The position numbers and the translations under genes are program-made. Of a DNA stretch of 64,000 nt, positions 48,978 to 58,942 are shown one piece after another. Position 1 is the first letter of the stretch; each line of letters opens with the position of its first letter. The stretch is from the sequence record NC_009705.1. One strand, given 5' to 3'. The stretch comes from a plasmid. The notes below the pieces were generated by a model. The model saw only the letters and a program-made list of their open reading frames with translations, was not told where the DNA came from and did no database searches.

Positions 48978-49796
48978 TCATCGATTTTTTTTAATTAAAC
49001 GTTGCTGTTTTTCTACTATATAGAAAAAATCACCGACTACTCGATTAAGGGTATTAGCTTTCATTTCATTTAGCCTACTCGAATATTTTTCTATTTTTTC
49101 CAAGTTAGAAGGTAACAACTCAAAGTGATGAGTCGTATTTTTTATTAACCCAACCTTTTTCGCCATAAATGTCTGAGACAATAACTTATCTGAACTTTGA
49201 TTTGCTAGGTTCGCTATATGGGCGACAAGTTTTGCAAATCTCCTACTGTTTATATTGAAATGCAACCTAATATCTTTTTGCTTTGCCGTTGGATTTTCTA
49301 CTAACCATCGGATGACACAATCAGACAATATCGTAAGTCCCTTAATATCCTCAAGATATCTAACACCAATATCAATTGCATTCATCTCTGTACGCTTAAT
49401 TTCAAACTCTTGCCTTGATAGCGTTGAAACCAACACGGCAAAATAAGCTAAAATACTAGGGCAGCTTACAATTGAAAAACTGTCATTAACCGATGAATCA
49501 AGGGACTCACCACTTATATATAAAACACTCCTATATATATAAAATCTTGATTTCACATATAACAGACCAAGTGCTATCTCTTCACAGGAAAACAGTTTAT
49601 CACTGTATTTTTTACGTTCATTGTTTATGACTCTATGCAACGAGATAACGGGAACGGGTTTAGAGGATAAACGTATCAACTCATGAATATCTTTTATTGC
49701 AATTGAAACATCAGGAACAGTGTCTATATCGATACCACAATAATGCTGAGAAAAGTGAGCAATCTTATTCTTTGTTAGCTGAACTATTCGCCCCAT
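48978..49796 (-). CDS. Hypothetical protein (272 aa)
   Basis: ORF. Confidence 0.35.
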   Translation of the reverse strand: MGRIVQLTKNKIAHFSQHYCGIDIDTVPDVSIAIKDIHELIRLSSKPVPVISLHRVINNERKKYSDKLFSCEEIALGLLYVKSRFYIYRSVLYISGESLDSSVNDSFSIVSCPSILAYFAVLVSTLSRQEFEIKRTEMNAIDIGVRYLEDIKGLTILSDCVIRWLVENPTAKQKDIRLHFNINSRRFAKLVAHIANLANQSSDKLLSQTFMAKKVGLIKNTTHHFELLPSNLEKIEKYSSRLNEMKANTLNRVVGDFFYIVEKQQRLIKKNR

Positions 49797-50027
49797 TGAC
49801 GGCCCCGCTATTTTCCTTGGTTAAGAATAAACTTAATATATCAGCGACACTTTTACCATCACTTATATGCATATCAACAACACATCTAATGTTGGGCAAA
49901 TTTCTGCATATATCATTTTCATTTGCATAAACAGATTCAGCAATGAATTGACCGATTGCTGAACGGTTCATAATATCTTTTGATATAGGGATTGCTAAAA
50001 AACCCCATTTGAAATTATTACTTATAT

Positions 50028-50951
50028 TCATTGTGGCGCGAAACAGCCCGTATCAGAAGTCGTACCAATATCTAACCCCATTTTTTTCAATTGCTGCTTT
50101 GTGATCTCTACTTGTTGATCTACTGCGTTACTATTTTGGGCTGGAGTATTGAGCGCATTATAAAGGTCTTGTGATGAAGGTACATTCTCAAGATAGTTAC
50201 CTAAGTTGTTCTGTATAAAATCATTTGGCATTAAGACATTTTCATTTGCTGAATTGTTATTGACAGGATCGAGCATTTTGATGATTTCTACTGTCGCACC
50301 CTGAGTTGTTAATGCTGAATTTGAAACTTGAACTTTATCATCAGAACTGTAATAGGCATGAACGACAAAGACGATAATAAAAACCAACGGGGCCACAATA
50401 CTAAACGTAGACCATCGTACATATTTTTTTTCTACCGGAATGGGTTCAGCCTTAAACTCTTCGACATGTTCCCTTCGCCCTGACTTATTGATGTAATGTG
50501 ACATTGCACTAAATAATGTGTTTGATAATCCCTGATTCAAAGCATGAGAAAAATCATCTTGAGTGTAATCGCTACTCAATTGCTTATTCTTGTTAAAAAC
50601 ATTAAATTTTCTTTTCTTAACAGACGCCTTAGGAAGGATAAAATTAAAATTTGCTAACACTTCACATTCATTTTCATGTCCATTTTTATTAAGGTAATTA
50701 TTTTTAGAATGTAATGAAAATTTACCTTTAACGGACACTTCGTTTTTACCATAATCTATCAAATTATCGACTGATGCTATGAGAGAAAATGATCCAATAG
50801 AAGCTCTGTCGAAATTGGGCAAAACCAGTGATACCACCGACCGTTCTAGATCTTTGTTATTATTTGAATCAAAAACGATTAAGGACTGCCCCTTTTCACC
50901 TAGCGCCGAAATCAAAATTCGTGGATTGAAAGGAAAAATGCAATTTGTCAT
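50028..50951 (-). CDS. Hypothetical single-pass membrane protein (307 aa)
   Basis: TM 'WSTFSIVAPLVFIIVFVVHAYY'. Confidence 0.35.
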   Translation of the reverse strand: MTNCIFPFNPRILISALGEKGQSLIVFDSNNNKDLERSVVSLVLPNFDRASIGSFSLIASVDNLIDYGKNEVSVKGKFSLHSKNNYLNKNGHENECEVLANFNFILPKASVKKRKFNVFNKNKQLSSDYTQDDFSHALNQGLSNTLFSAMSHYINKSGRREHVEEFKAEPIPVEKKYVRWSTFSIVAPLVFIIVFVVHAYYSSDDKVQVSNSALTTQGATVEIIKMLDPVNNNSANENVLMPNDFIQNNLGNYLENVPSSQDLYNALNTPAQNSNAVDQQVEITKQQLKKMGLDIGTTSDTGCFAPQ

Positions 50952-51959
50952 TTAATTGTTTCCTATGACTAACTTTGATTTACCAAACACGTCAATTAAT
51001 ACTTCTGCCTCTGATATACCCATGACTAATTTGGGACGTCCTGTCCGATGATCAATCATGAATGCAGCAGGAACCCCCGCTCTTTTGATCTCAGGTCTGG
51101 CTTTGAAGGCATCCATCAAAAATGTAAAATTGGCATCCAACTGCTTTTTTGTCTCCTCAGTAGCAACTTCAGTGACGTTATTGACATTCTTTGTCATATT
51201 CTGAGCAAAAACGTTGTAATCCTGACGCTGAATAATCGCCGCTGAAATAGGGATACCATCAGGCATATATTCATTTGCTGGGCCTAAAGCAACTGTGGGT
51301 ATCCACTTTATTGTAAAACCATTTGCGATATAGCCACGGCTCCGTGCAAAAGCATTGTGGCAATGAGGACATCGAGGATCAATAAAGATGTAAACTGTGT
51401 CCCCTATTGACCCTTTCCCCTCCTTATATCCAGCTAACCCATCGAGTACCTTCATAACTTCAGGAATAGCCCCTGTATAGCTTCCCTGCATGGCATAAGG
51501 CATTTCTTGAGTCGTTACACTACCATCAGCAGCAAATATAGCCTGAGAGCCTACAGGCGCTGGCACTGGCACTGGCACTGGCACTGGCACTGGCACTGGC
51601 GCAGATACTGTATTCTCCTTCTGCATCTCCGAAGCAGAAACCATCTTTCCTGTCGTTGCATCCCAGATTGTTCCACTAAAAATTGCATCACCACTATTCG
51701 TAGTAAATAGAATAACTTCCCTGCCGTTACTGCTAATTAACCACTGGGTGATATCACTACTAATTCTTTTGTGTGCTACTACATTTCCATATTTTGAAAT
51801 ATTTTTCTCTGCTAAGGAGATAATAGAAGACCGAGTCTGCTCATTTTTCACTAATAATTCTTCATTTAATGTCAAAGGAGCGGCACCACTACAAATGCCA
51901 ATAGCAGGCATTAACATCATTAAAGATGTAATTAACTTAACTTTAGATTTCATAAACAC
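50952..51959 (-). CDS. Periplasmic thiol:disulfide interchange protein (DsbC/TrbB-like) with (PV)n linker
   Basis: Signal peptide and thioredoxin active site 'CPHC'. The linker 'PVPVPVPVPVPVPAPV' is encoded by a CACTGG hexamer repeat. Confidence 0.6.
   Translation of the reverse strand: MFMKSKVKLITSLMMLMPAIGICSGAAPLTLNEELLVKNEQTRSSIISLAEKNISKYGNVVAHKRISSDITQWLISSNGREVILFTTNSGDAIFSGTIWDATTGKMVSASEMQKENTVSAPVPVPVPVPVPVPAPVGSQAIFAADGSVTTQEMPYAMQGSYTGAIPEVMKVLDGLAGYKEGKGSIGDTVYIFIDPRCPHCHNAFARSRGYIANGFTIKWIPTVALGPANEYMPDGIPISAAIIQRQDYNVFAQNMTKNVNNVTEVATEETKKQLDANFTFLMDAFKARPEIKRAGVPAAFMIDHRTGRPKLVMGISEAEVLIDVFGKSKLVIGNN
51557..51602. repeat. Hexanucleotide tandem repeat (TGGCAC)x6.5 encoding the Pro-Val linker
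   Basis: Six perfect units plus one imperfect unit counted at 51561-51602. Confidence 0.8.
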
Positions 51960-51981
51960 CTCAAGGGATAATAACTTGTTA

Positions 51982-53295
51982 TTATTTTATATCTTCTAGT
52001 TTCTTCACGTTTTTATTGTAGAGCTTAATGTCTTTGGCTTCAAATTTATATACATGTACAGCGGTAATTAATCCTTCAATCACTTTATCCAACAGTGGTT
52101 CAGGATGTCCTTCACCAATTTTAAACTCATATAAATAATGACCTAACACCCCTGCCCCTTCTGAAAAATATGATTGCCTCCCAATATTCTGGAGAATATG
52201 CCACATTTCACGATCATAAAATTTTAACCAGCGCATTTCAGCAGGTGGAAGTACACCTAGCCGTCTCGCTTGCATAAACATCCCTACAATAATAGTTCTA
52301 ACATAGGCATGCTTCCTAAACACTTCTCGGACGGTTTCGCTTGATCTATAATAATGTGATATTAGTTTTTCTGCTTCAGAAACATCTATTTCTGGGTAAA
52401 GCCAGCTATCCTCTTCTATTTTTCTCTGTTTCGGTTTTTGCTTCTTACCTTTTTCACCTTTATCCGGCGGTTTAAATTGACTCCAGCAATAACTTATCAT
52501 TTTTTTGCTATCATTCATGGCATTTTTAAAATCCTCATCATTTAGCTCTGAATTTGTTGCAGCGACTCTAGGTATTGAAATTGCCAATAGCAATATTTCC
52601 GACTTCGATAAATACTTTAAATTCTTACCTTTCCAAAGTTTACCTAGCTGCTTGGTAAATATTTCCTTAGCTTTCGCTATATTAATATTTGGAGTAAATG
52701 ATTTATCTTTGTTCTCTTCCCATCCTTCAATTAAGTCATGTTGTTTACAAAATTGCCTTGATGTTAATGACATCCCATAAACAGGATCAGTTAGAGACTT
52801 TGATATTAAATCAATTTGAGAAAACATTCTTAAATGTGGATGAAGTTCTTTCTGCTCATTAACAAACGAAGCTAAATTATGTTGTCTTGAGTACTTTAGT
52901 TTAGGATGGTTTTTATCTGCGAAAATAAATAATCTTATGCATTTATATAGAATATATGGAAAAGCAAATAAGTTAAATATCATCGATGAATTCGTTAACC
53001 TCCCCCACTCAATTAATGAGAGATCATTCCTGCATAAGCTCAGTAATTTATTTGGATCAGGATCACACACATCAGCTAACCAATTTCTTGCGTGACTTAT
53101 AATCGGAACATCTACATAAGCACCCAATAAATTAATTACATAAAGTTCTAAATACCTCATATAGACATATACCGTAGCCACTTCGGTATGAATAGATATC
53201 CAGATTATCCATGCCAGAAGAAATGCTGCAAAACCCAATGCTACTAATAGCATTGGGTTATCGGTCAGAGATTTACCTTCTCGTTTTTGACTCAC
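51982..53295 (-). CDS. Inner-membrane protein, a possible DotM/IcmP(TrbA)-like T4BSS component (437 aa)
   Basis: Two or three N-terminal TM segments followed by a large cytoplasmic domain, as in DotM. Motif-level homology not verifiable by eye. Confidence 0.3.
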   Translation of the reverse strand: MSQKREGKSLTDNPMLLVALGFAAFLLAWIIWISIHTEVATVYVYMRYLELYVINLLGAYVDVPIISHARNWLADVCDPDPNKLLSLCRNDLSLIEWGRLTNSSMIFNLFAFPYILYKCIRLFIFADKNHPKLKYSRQHNLASFVNEQKELHPHLRMFSQIDLISKSLTDPVYGMSLTSRQFCKQHDLIEGWEENKDKSFTPNINIAKAKEIFTKQLGKLWKGKNLKYLSKSEILLLAISIPRVAATNSELNDEDFKNAMNDSKKMISYCWSQFKPPDKGEKGKKQKPKQRKIEEDSWLYPEIDVSEAEKLISHYYRSSETVREVFRKHAYVRTIIVGMFMQARRLGVLPPAEMRWLKFYDREMWHILQNIGRQSYFSEGAGVLGHYLYEFKIGEGHPEPLLDKVIEGLITAVHVYKFEAKDIKLYNKNVKKLEDIK

Positions 53296-53308
53296 ATACC
53301 ACTCCCTA

Positions 53309-53902
53309 TCACCAATTTAAAACATTCTTTATCTTTTCCTTTGCTTCTTTATTTATGTCTGAATCACTATCTTTAACTTTAACTGGATCAGTAGCATCCT
53401 GTTTAGGTTCAACGACACCTTTGCTTTGATTAGGAACTGTTGTAGCAAGCTGTTCAGCCATAGACTCAGAAACCAGCTTTTGGGGCTTTTTAACCAAATT
53501 ATTATGATCGCGCTGTGCAAAATCTTCACGTTCGTGGCTACCATTACCCGTCAGAACTGGCGTAGCGTCATCTTCACCATTCTCATTCGGCTTCTGCTGA
53601 TTAATTCCATTTAAATCAACAAGATCGAAGTTTGGGGGCGTGTAGTAATTCAGATAAACAAGAAAATCTTCTTCGTTTAACCCCAGTTCTGTACACAAAG
53701 AGTAAATGGCATCTTTGTAAGTATAAGACTCCCCTAACTCACTCATTCTTTGACGAATAAGGTTATAGCCATCAGTAACATGCTTCCTGACCATAACAGA
53801 TTTAGCGCTACTAGGTAGCGCTTCATATTGTTGCAAAAAACTTTCTTCCAGCGGGAAAGCACGACGCAACTTTATCTCATAGCGTTCGAATCGATCATCC
53901 AT
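53309..53902 (-). CDS. Hypothetical protein (197 aa)
   Basis: ORF. Confidence 0.35.
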   Translation of the reverse strand: MDDRFERYEIKLRRAFPLEESFLQQYEALPSSAKSVMVRKHVTDGYNLIRQRMSELGESYTYKDAIYSLCTELGLNEEDFLVYLNYYTPPNFDLVDLNGINQQKPNENGEDDATPVLTGNGSHEREDFAQRDHNNLVKKPQKLVSESMAEQLATTVPNQSKGVVEPKQDATDPVKVKDSDSDINKEAKEKIKNVLNW

Positions 53903-54083
53903 TTGCTCCCCCTTTATCGCTGTTTACCAATTTTTGTCTGACAGCCAAAAATATCATGAGCTTAATCAGATTAGCTCGCTCACCGTCTTTTGGCTGATCA
54001 TTTAAAAACGCAGAGACCTCTCTCTGCGCTTTATCGTCATTTGATAGCCTAAACGTAAGTCTTTCAACGTTTTTAATTGCCAT
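53895..54083 (-). CDS. Small hypothetical protein (62 aa)
   Basis: ORF overlapping the downstream start. Confidence 0.25.
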   Translation of the reverse strand: MAIKNVERLTFRLSNDDKAQREVSAFLNDQPKDGERANLIKLMIFLAVRQKLVNSDKGGANG

Positions 54084-54094
54084 ACCCTGACCTT

Positions 54095-55141
54095 CTAGTT
54101 TGACTTGGGAATATACTTAACAAGCTTCATCATTCCACGCGCATTCGCGAATTCTGGGTGTTCTGGGATGATGATACTTTTGTAGTGATCTCGCAGGTAG
54201 TCCTCAAAAACAATTGAACCGCCACCGACAAAGATTAATTTCTCGATATCTTCATCTGTACCGATAACTTCATTTATAGCCATAATGATCTGGTCAAACA
54301 AACGAGTTTTTTCAGTATTAACTATATCGCTAACATCAATGGCTTGACGGCTAATCATAATTTTCCCTGTATTCAGGGCGCTTTCAATTTGGCGTTTCGT
54401 TATGCTACTACTGTTTATACCAAATTTTGCTGCAACCGCAGTTTTTATCCCATCATACAAATTTAAAACACCAACTTCACTTGAACCGGAACGGGTCATG
54501 TTAATGACCATCTTAGGCAACAATACTGCGCAATCCGTAGTATGGCCACCAATATCAACGACCCCTACTACACTGTTATACATTTCTTCGTATTGTTCAG
54601 TTGTATTACCATCGGCATCAAGCAGTTGATCCACATATGCCGCAACACCTTCAGAACAAACTTCATTAGCAATGATATTTGCAACTGGCAAACTTCCATC
54701 AATGCCGCAGCGCACGGGATGCATTAAGTTAGCTTTCTTTTGTTCGACTAAAGTCTGATTGATCTCTGTGCTAGGTTTGTAGTAATGACTAACTGGTAAG
54801 CCAGTATTGATATGTACATCCTTTCCAGCATAACCAGCATTAATTAATGCGGCATGAACTAGCACACGATTTAGGTCTGAAACTGGATAGGGAATAGCAA
54901 TATTTCGAGTGTCGAGTGGAGAAGGAACACTCTCATCTACAGTGAATTTTTTATTATTATGCGTTTCGAAAATAAATGATTTATCGTTGCCTTCGATATT
55001 GATGATTGAAACATCATATGAAGCACGAGATGGGATACTAAACATCCCCCCTGCTTCAGTCACGATTTTTATTGAGAAATAGCCATCATCCACACCCAGA
55101 AATGATTTTTTGTTTTTTACAGATTCTGAAGCTGCTTTCAT
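54095..55141 (-). CDS. ParM/StbA-like actin-fold ATPase
   Basis: Phosphate-1 'LGVDDGYFSIKIV', phosphate-2 'VVDIGGHTTDCAV' and adenosine 'FVGGGS' motifs of the ASKHA/ParM family. Confidence 0.55.
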   Translation of the reverse strand: MKAASESVKNKKSFLGVDDGYFSIKIVTEAGGMFSIPSRASYDVSIINIEGNDKSFIFETHNNKKFTVDESVPSPLDTRNIAIPYPVSDLNRVLVHAALINAGYAGKDVHINTGLPVSHYYKPSTEINQTLVEQKKANLMHPVRCGIDGSLPVANIIANEVCSEGVAAYVDQLLDADGNTTEQYEEMYNSVVGVVDIGGHTTDCAVLLPKMVINMTRSGSSEVGVLNLYDGIKTAVAAKFGINSSSITKRQIESALNTGKIMISRQAIDVSDIVNTEKTRLFDQIIMAINEVIGTDEDIEKLIFVGGGSIVFEDYLRDHYKSIIIPEHPEFANARGMMKLVKYIPKSN

Positions 55142-55170
55142 GCTTTTTTACCTTACCTGTTAACGTTAAA

Positions 55171-55446
55171 CTACTGGTTTAACTCTCTCACGCCACTCTT
55201 AGTTGATTTCAATCGACCTGTCAGAAAAATGTTTATCGACCGAAAAAAACTCCCCAGCGTCAGTTTTTTATAACACTCTATATACACAAGGAATGCAGTT
55301 ACCCCAATTGCAATTCCTAGAACCCAAAGGCTAGTTATAAAGAAAAACCAAACTAACCACGGGATAAATGCAACAGCACTGATTTTGAAAAATTGAGCCG
55401 AAGGCGCACATTTGCTCCAGTGAGCACGGCCAGACTCTCTACTCAT
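55171..55446 (-). CDS. Small membrane protein (91 aa)
   Basis: Two TM helices. Confidence 0.35.
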   Translation of the reverse strand: MSRESGRAHWSKCAPSAQFFKISAVAFIPWLVWFFFITSLWVLGIAIGVTAFLVYIECYKKLTLGSFFRSINIFLTGRLKSTKSGVRELNQ

Positions 55447-55739
55447 ATACTCTCCTCACTCCATGACATTATCTACATAATACACAACAAACCACCGCAC
55501 AACCACTACTAAACACCAATCGATCAAAAAGAACCACTGAATGAACACACAAACACACTACACAACCAAATTTAATACACGAAAGAACCACACAAAAACC
55601 ACACATTACTTCAAAATTACTTTTTTCTTATTAAGAATCAGTATGTTATGAATTTTAGTTCAACGTTCTATTTCAAAAAATTTCTGGACGTATATTCACA
55701 CCAAGTGCTACTTTGAAAGTTCATATGCTTACACAGAAA

Positions 55740-56215
55740 TCAGATTTCTTGCTGCTTGCTTGCTGCTAGATTTAACTGCCTCCGCATCATCTTGCTGCTA
55801 TCTTGCAGTTAGCTTACTGCAACAATGCATATTCTTTGCGTTATCTTGCTGCAAGCTCTCTGTTACCTTCAATAATTCTTGCCGCTATCTTGCCGCTAGC
55901 TCTCTGCTAATTATAGTTCTTCATGCAGCTATCTTGCTGCAAGCTCTCTAGTAACTTCAAACATTCTTGCACTATTTGCTTAAATTCTTGTAGCTATCTA
56001 GCTGCTAGCTATCTGCTATCCTACAACACTCTTGCCGCTATCTTGCTGCAATCATATGTACTCAACTGTTTTATCATGATTTCCGAATGGAGAACAAAGC
56101 AACCACAACTACTACGCTATAAAAAAGGGGTACACAATTTATGAGTTATTTTACCGCAAGAAGCGACAACCTTAGCTGCAATCTAGCTGCTATCTACTAG
56201 TTTGCAGTAAGATTG
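55740..56215. repeat. Iteron array of more than 10 copies of (C)TATCTTGC(T/C)GC(A/T)AGCT in both orientations, 3' of parG
   Basis: Counted by eye: 55788, 55843, 55875, 55929, 55992, 56033, 56170-56215. Confidence 0.7.
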
Positions 56216-56218
56216 CAG

Positions 56219-56518
56219 CTATCTATTATTTGCCTTTTTATATGCTTCTAACATTTCCTCGAGTAATTCTACTAACTTCAAATTTTTCTCTTCGGCAATA
56301 TCCCGTAATTCAGCATCAAATTCAGGGCTGACACGTGTGGCAAATGCCAGTGTTCGATTCGTTTTACGAGCGCTACGTCCATCTCTTCTTATATAAGTAG
56401 GTTGTTCTTCTATATGAGGTGCAGGAGCCAGTTCTGGGGCATCTAAACCAGTTGCAACTTCTTCAAGAGGTGGCGGGGTTCCTAACTTACCTTTTTTTAA
56501 TCTGCTTACATCTGCCAT
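56219..56518 (-). CDS. ParG-like ribbon-helix-helix partition protein (99 aa)
   Basis: Small basic protein co-transcribed 3' of ParA. C-terminal RHH-like 'EFDAELRDIAEEKNLKLVELLEEMLEAY'. Confidence 0.5.
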   Translation of the reverse strand: MADVSRLKKGKLGTPPPLEEVATGLDAPELAPAPHIEEQPTYIRRDGRSARKTNRTLAFATRVSPEFDAELRDIAEEKNLKLVELLEEMLEAYKKANNR

Positions 56519-56523
56519 AGTAA

Positions 56524-57153
56524 TTAGCCTCCAACCTTGTTTATCAATGCCTGAATCAACTCATCTGCTCTGGTATTAAGTCCTTTGTAGCGAGTTTCGG
56601 TAACAGCAAGCCCCCCATTTTGCGCCTGACGATAAGCAGGACGCTCAACAAGACAGCCTGCAAGAACTTCATAGCCAGCTTCATTGATGTATTCTCGCGC
56701 ATCAACTTCTTCTGCTTCAGTACCTATTCTGCTCAAAGAAAACACCAGTTTCGACTTAGGAATTCCTTCTTTAACCAAACCGTGGAAAACTTTAATTGCT
56801 GGAATCAGATCATCCAAAGATGCACCTGTTGGCTGAACTACCAGATCTGCCACACGTGCAATCTCAGTTGTACCTTTACTTGCTCTCGCAGGGCCATCTA
56901 TGATCAATAAGTCATAATCAGCAGCCGCAGACAATGCTTGTGAGGCGGTAGAAAACACTTCTATGGAAGCCGCAGGGGGTAAGCCAGCATTCAATCGCCG
57001 ACGATGCCAATCAGCAGTAGTTGCTTGCTCCGTATCAAGATCCCCTACTTTGGTCTTTAACCCACCATTCGTAGCCGCAACTGCCAAAGCTCTTGCTTTG
57101 GTACTCTTACCCACACCGCCTTTTTGTGAAACAAAAGCCACTATCCACGCCAT
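56524..57153 (-). CDS. parA: ParA/ParF-family partition ATPase (small Walker-type)
   Basis: Deviant Walker A 'SQKGGVGKST', 'DLLIIDGPA' and 'DLVVQPTGAS'. Confidence 0.8.
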   Translation of the reverse strand: MAWIVAFVSQKGGVGKSTKARALAVAATNGGLKTKVGDLDTEQATTADWHRRRLNAGLPPAASIEVFSTASQALSAAADYDLLIIDGPARASKGTTEIARVADLVVQPTGASLDDLIPAIKVFHGLVKEGIPKSKLVFSLSRIGTEAEEVDAREYINEAGYEVLAGCLVERPAYRQAQNGGLAVTETRYKGLNTRADELIQALINKVGG

Positions 57154-57159
57154 TTATGC

Positions 57160-57700
57160 CCCTTAATCATGCAGCAAGATAGCTGCATGATTGAATTTGA
57201 GTAAAAATTAATTGCAGCTAGATTGCCGAAACCTAGCTGCAAGATAATTAAAGCATAGATTAATGAGAAGTACAATATAGCAGCAACATGGCAGCAATCT
57301 AGCTGCAAGATTGCATTTGTTATTCTAGCTGCAATCTAGCAGCATGTTTTTGATACATAAAATTGGTCAGTTATTGCCATAATGTTATCTAGCATCAATC
57401 GAGTAGAAAGGCTGTTAAAGCATAAATTGATGATAGCTATAATCATGCGACTATCTTGCTGCAATCTAGCAGGCAGACTGTTAGAGAGTGAATCGAAGAC
57501 AGCTACAAACATGCGGCTATCTTGCGGCTATCTTGCTGCAATCTAGCAGACAGACTATTAGAGAGTGAATCGAGGATAGCTACAAACATGCTGCTATCTT
57601 GCTGCAATCTAGCAGACAAACTGTTAGAGGGTGAATCGAGGATAGCGGCAATCATGCTGCTATCTTGCTGCAATCTAATAAATACTTAGATTTAATCTTA
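57160..57700. repeat. Centromere/iteron region 5' of parA: many GCAGCAAGATAG / CTATCTTGCTGCA motifs plus three ~66-bp direct repeats (57447-57512, 57520-57589, 57597-57662)
   Basis: Long repeats 'ATGC(G/T)GCTATCTTGCTGCAATCTAGCAGACA(G/A)ACT(G/A)TTAGAG(A/G)GTGAATCGA(G/A)GA(T/C)AGC' read directly. Confidence 0.7.
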
Positions 57701-57778
57701 GGGACGCATTCACATAAACTATGTGAATAATCTATGGCCAACTACACCGTGGCACGGAACTGCATCAAGGACAGATGA

Positions 57779-58942
57779 TTACATCATGCTAAGGCGCTTA
57801 GCCACATGTCCATCGATGATCCCATCACTGTGTAACCTTTCAGCTTCAAGAGAGAAGGGATGTCCAAACTCATCAACCAGCCTACGAACTTCAGAAGCAA
57901 CTTTGCCCATATCCGAAAGTGACAGTAACTGCTCACGGATATCAGTCGTGAAATTGAGATACTCTCTTGCTGCGACAAGATTGCCATCTGTCTTGCGCAC
58001 CAGTGTTTGAGCCATTATGAATCGAGTTGTTTCAACAAGGTCATAAATAGCAGCGCCACGAACCGACTCGTCAAATCTTGAGATGAGCCGTCGCATTACC
58101 GCCGAACAGTTTTGTGAGTGAACAGTAGCAAAAACAGGATGTCCAGTATTAGCAGCTTCAAAGGCAGACTCAATACTTTGCTTATCGCGTAACTCTCCAA
58201 TCATGATTAAGTTTGGAGTACGACGTAATGCCTCTTGGTTTGCAATAGCAAAACTACTGAACTGCTCAGGGATTTGGCTTTGAGCAATGATCGAATGAGC
58301 ACTTTTAATATTGTCATAGACAAACTCAATAGGATCTTCGTGCGTCAACAAATGCCCCTTGATCGGCGTATCATTCTCCATAATGTAACGGATGATTGAA
58401 GAGAATGTCGTCGATTTACCAGAAGAGGTTTTACCCGCAACCATAACGATGCCATTGTCTGGACACATTTGATTAACCAACTCAGGAGATAGACCAATAT
58501 CAGCAAGGGGGAGGGGGTCTAAAGGTATCGACCGCATAACAATCTCGGCTGTGGTTTTACCCTGAATGTATACAGGGGATATATTGACACGATATCCAAA
58601 CCGTTGCTTCTGGCCACCCGTAGTGAGTTTTGTTGGATGAAAAACCTCATATCGAGTGTTAATCAATTTTTTACTAGCCAGTTCTGTCAAAACACTACTA
58701 CTGCCACTGGCCCATAGTGCTATTCGCTCAATTTCATTAAAATTTAATGTTCGCGTGCTAAGCGTACACAAAGTACCTTTAACTTTTGCAGAGATTGCTA
58801 CACCTTGTTTAATGATGATATCACTGGCTTCATGTGCTAAAAATTCTAACACAGTATCCTTAAACTGAGCTTCGTGCTCAAAAGTGCTTGGATACCGGTA
58901 TTCAGTTTTGAATTCGAGTATTGGAAGATGCAGTGGTTCCAT
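57779..58942 (-). CDS. DotB/TraJ-like secretion ATPase (PilT/VirB11 superfamily)
   Basis: Walker A 'VAGKTSSGKST', Walker B 'LIMIGELRD' and the 'GHPVFATVH' His-box. Located 3' of the DotD-like lipoprotein gene. Confidence 0.6.
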   Translation of the reverse strand: MEPLHLPILEFKTEYRYPSTFEHEAQFKDTVLEFLAHEASDIIIKQGVAISAKVKGTLCTLSTRTLNFNEIERIALWASGSSSVLTELASKKLINTRYEVFHPTKLTTGGQKQRFGYRVNISPVYIQGKTTAEIVMRSIPLDPLPLADIGLSPELVNQMCPDNGIVMVAGKTSSGKSTTFSSIIRYIMENDTPIKGHLLTHEDPIEFVYDNIKSAHSIIAQSQIPEQFSSFAIANQEALRRTPNLIMIGELRDKQSIESAFEAANTGHPVFATVHSQNCSAVMRRLISRFDESVRGAAIYDLVETTRFIMAQTLVRKTDGNLVAAREYLNFTTDIREQLLSLSDMGKVASEVRRLVDEFGHPFSLEAERLHSDGIIDGHVAKRLSMM

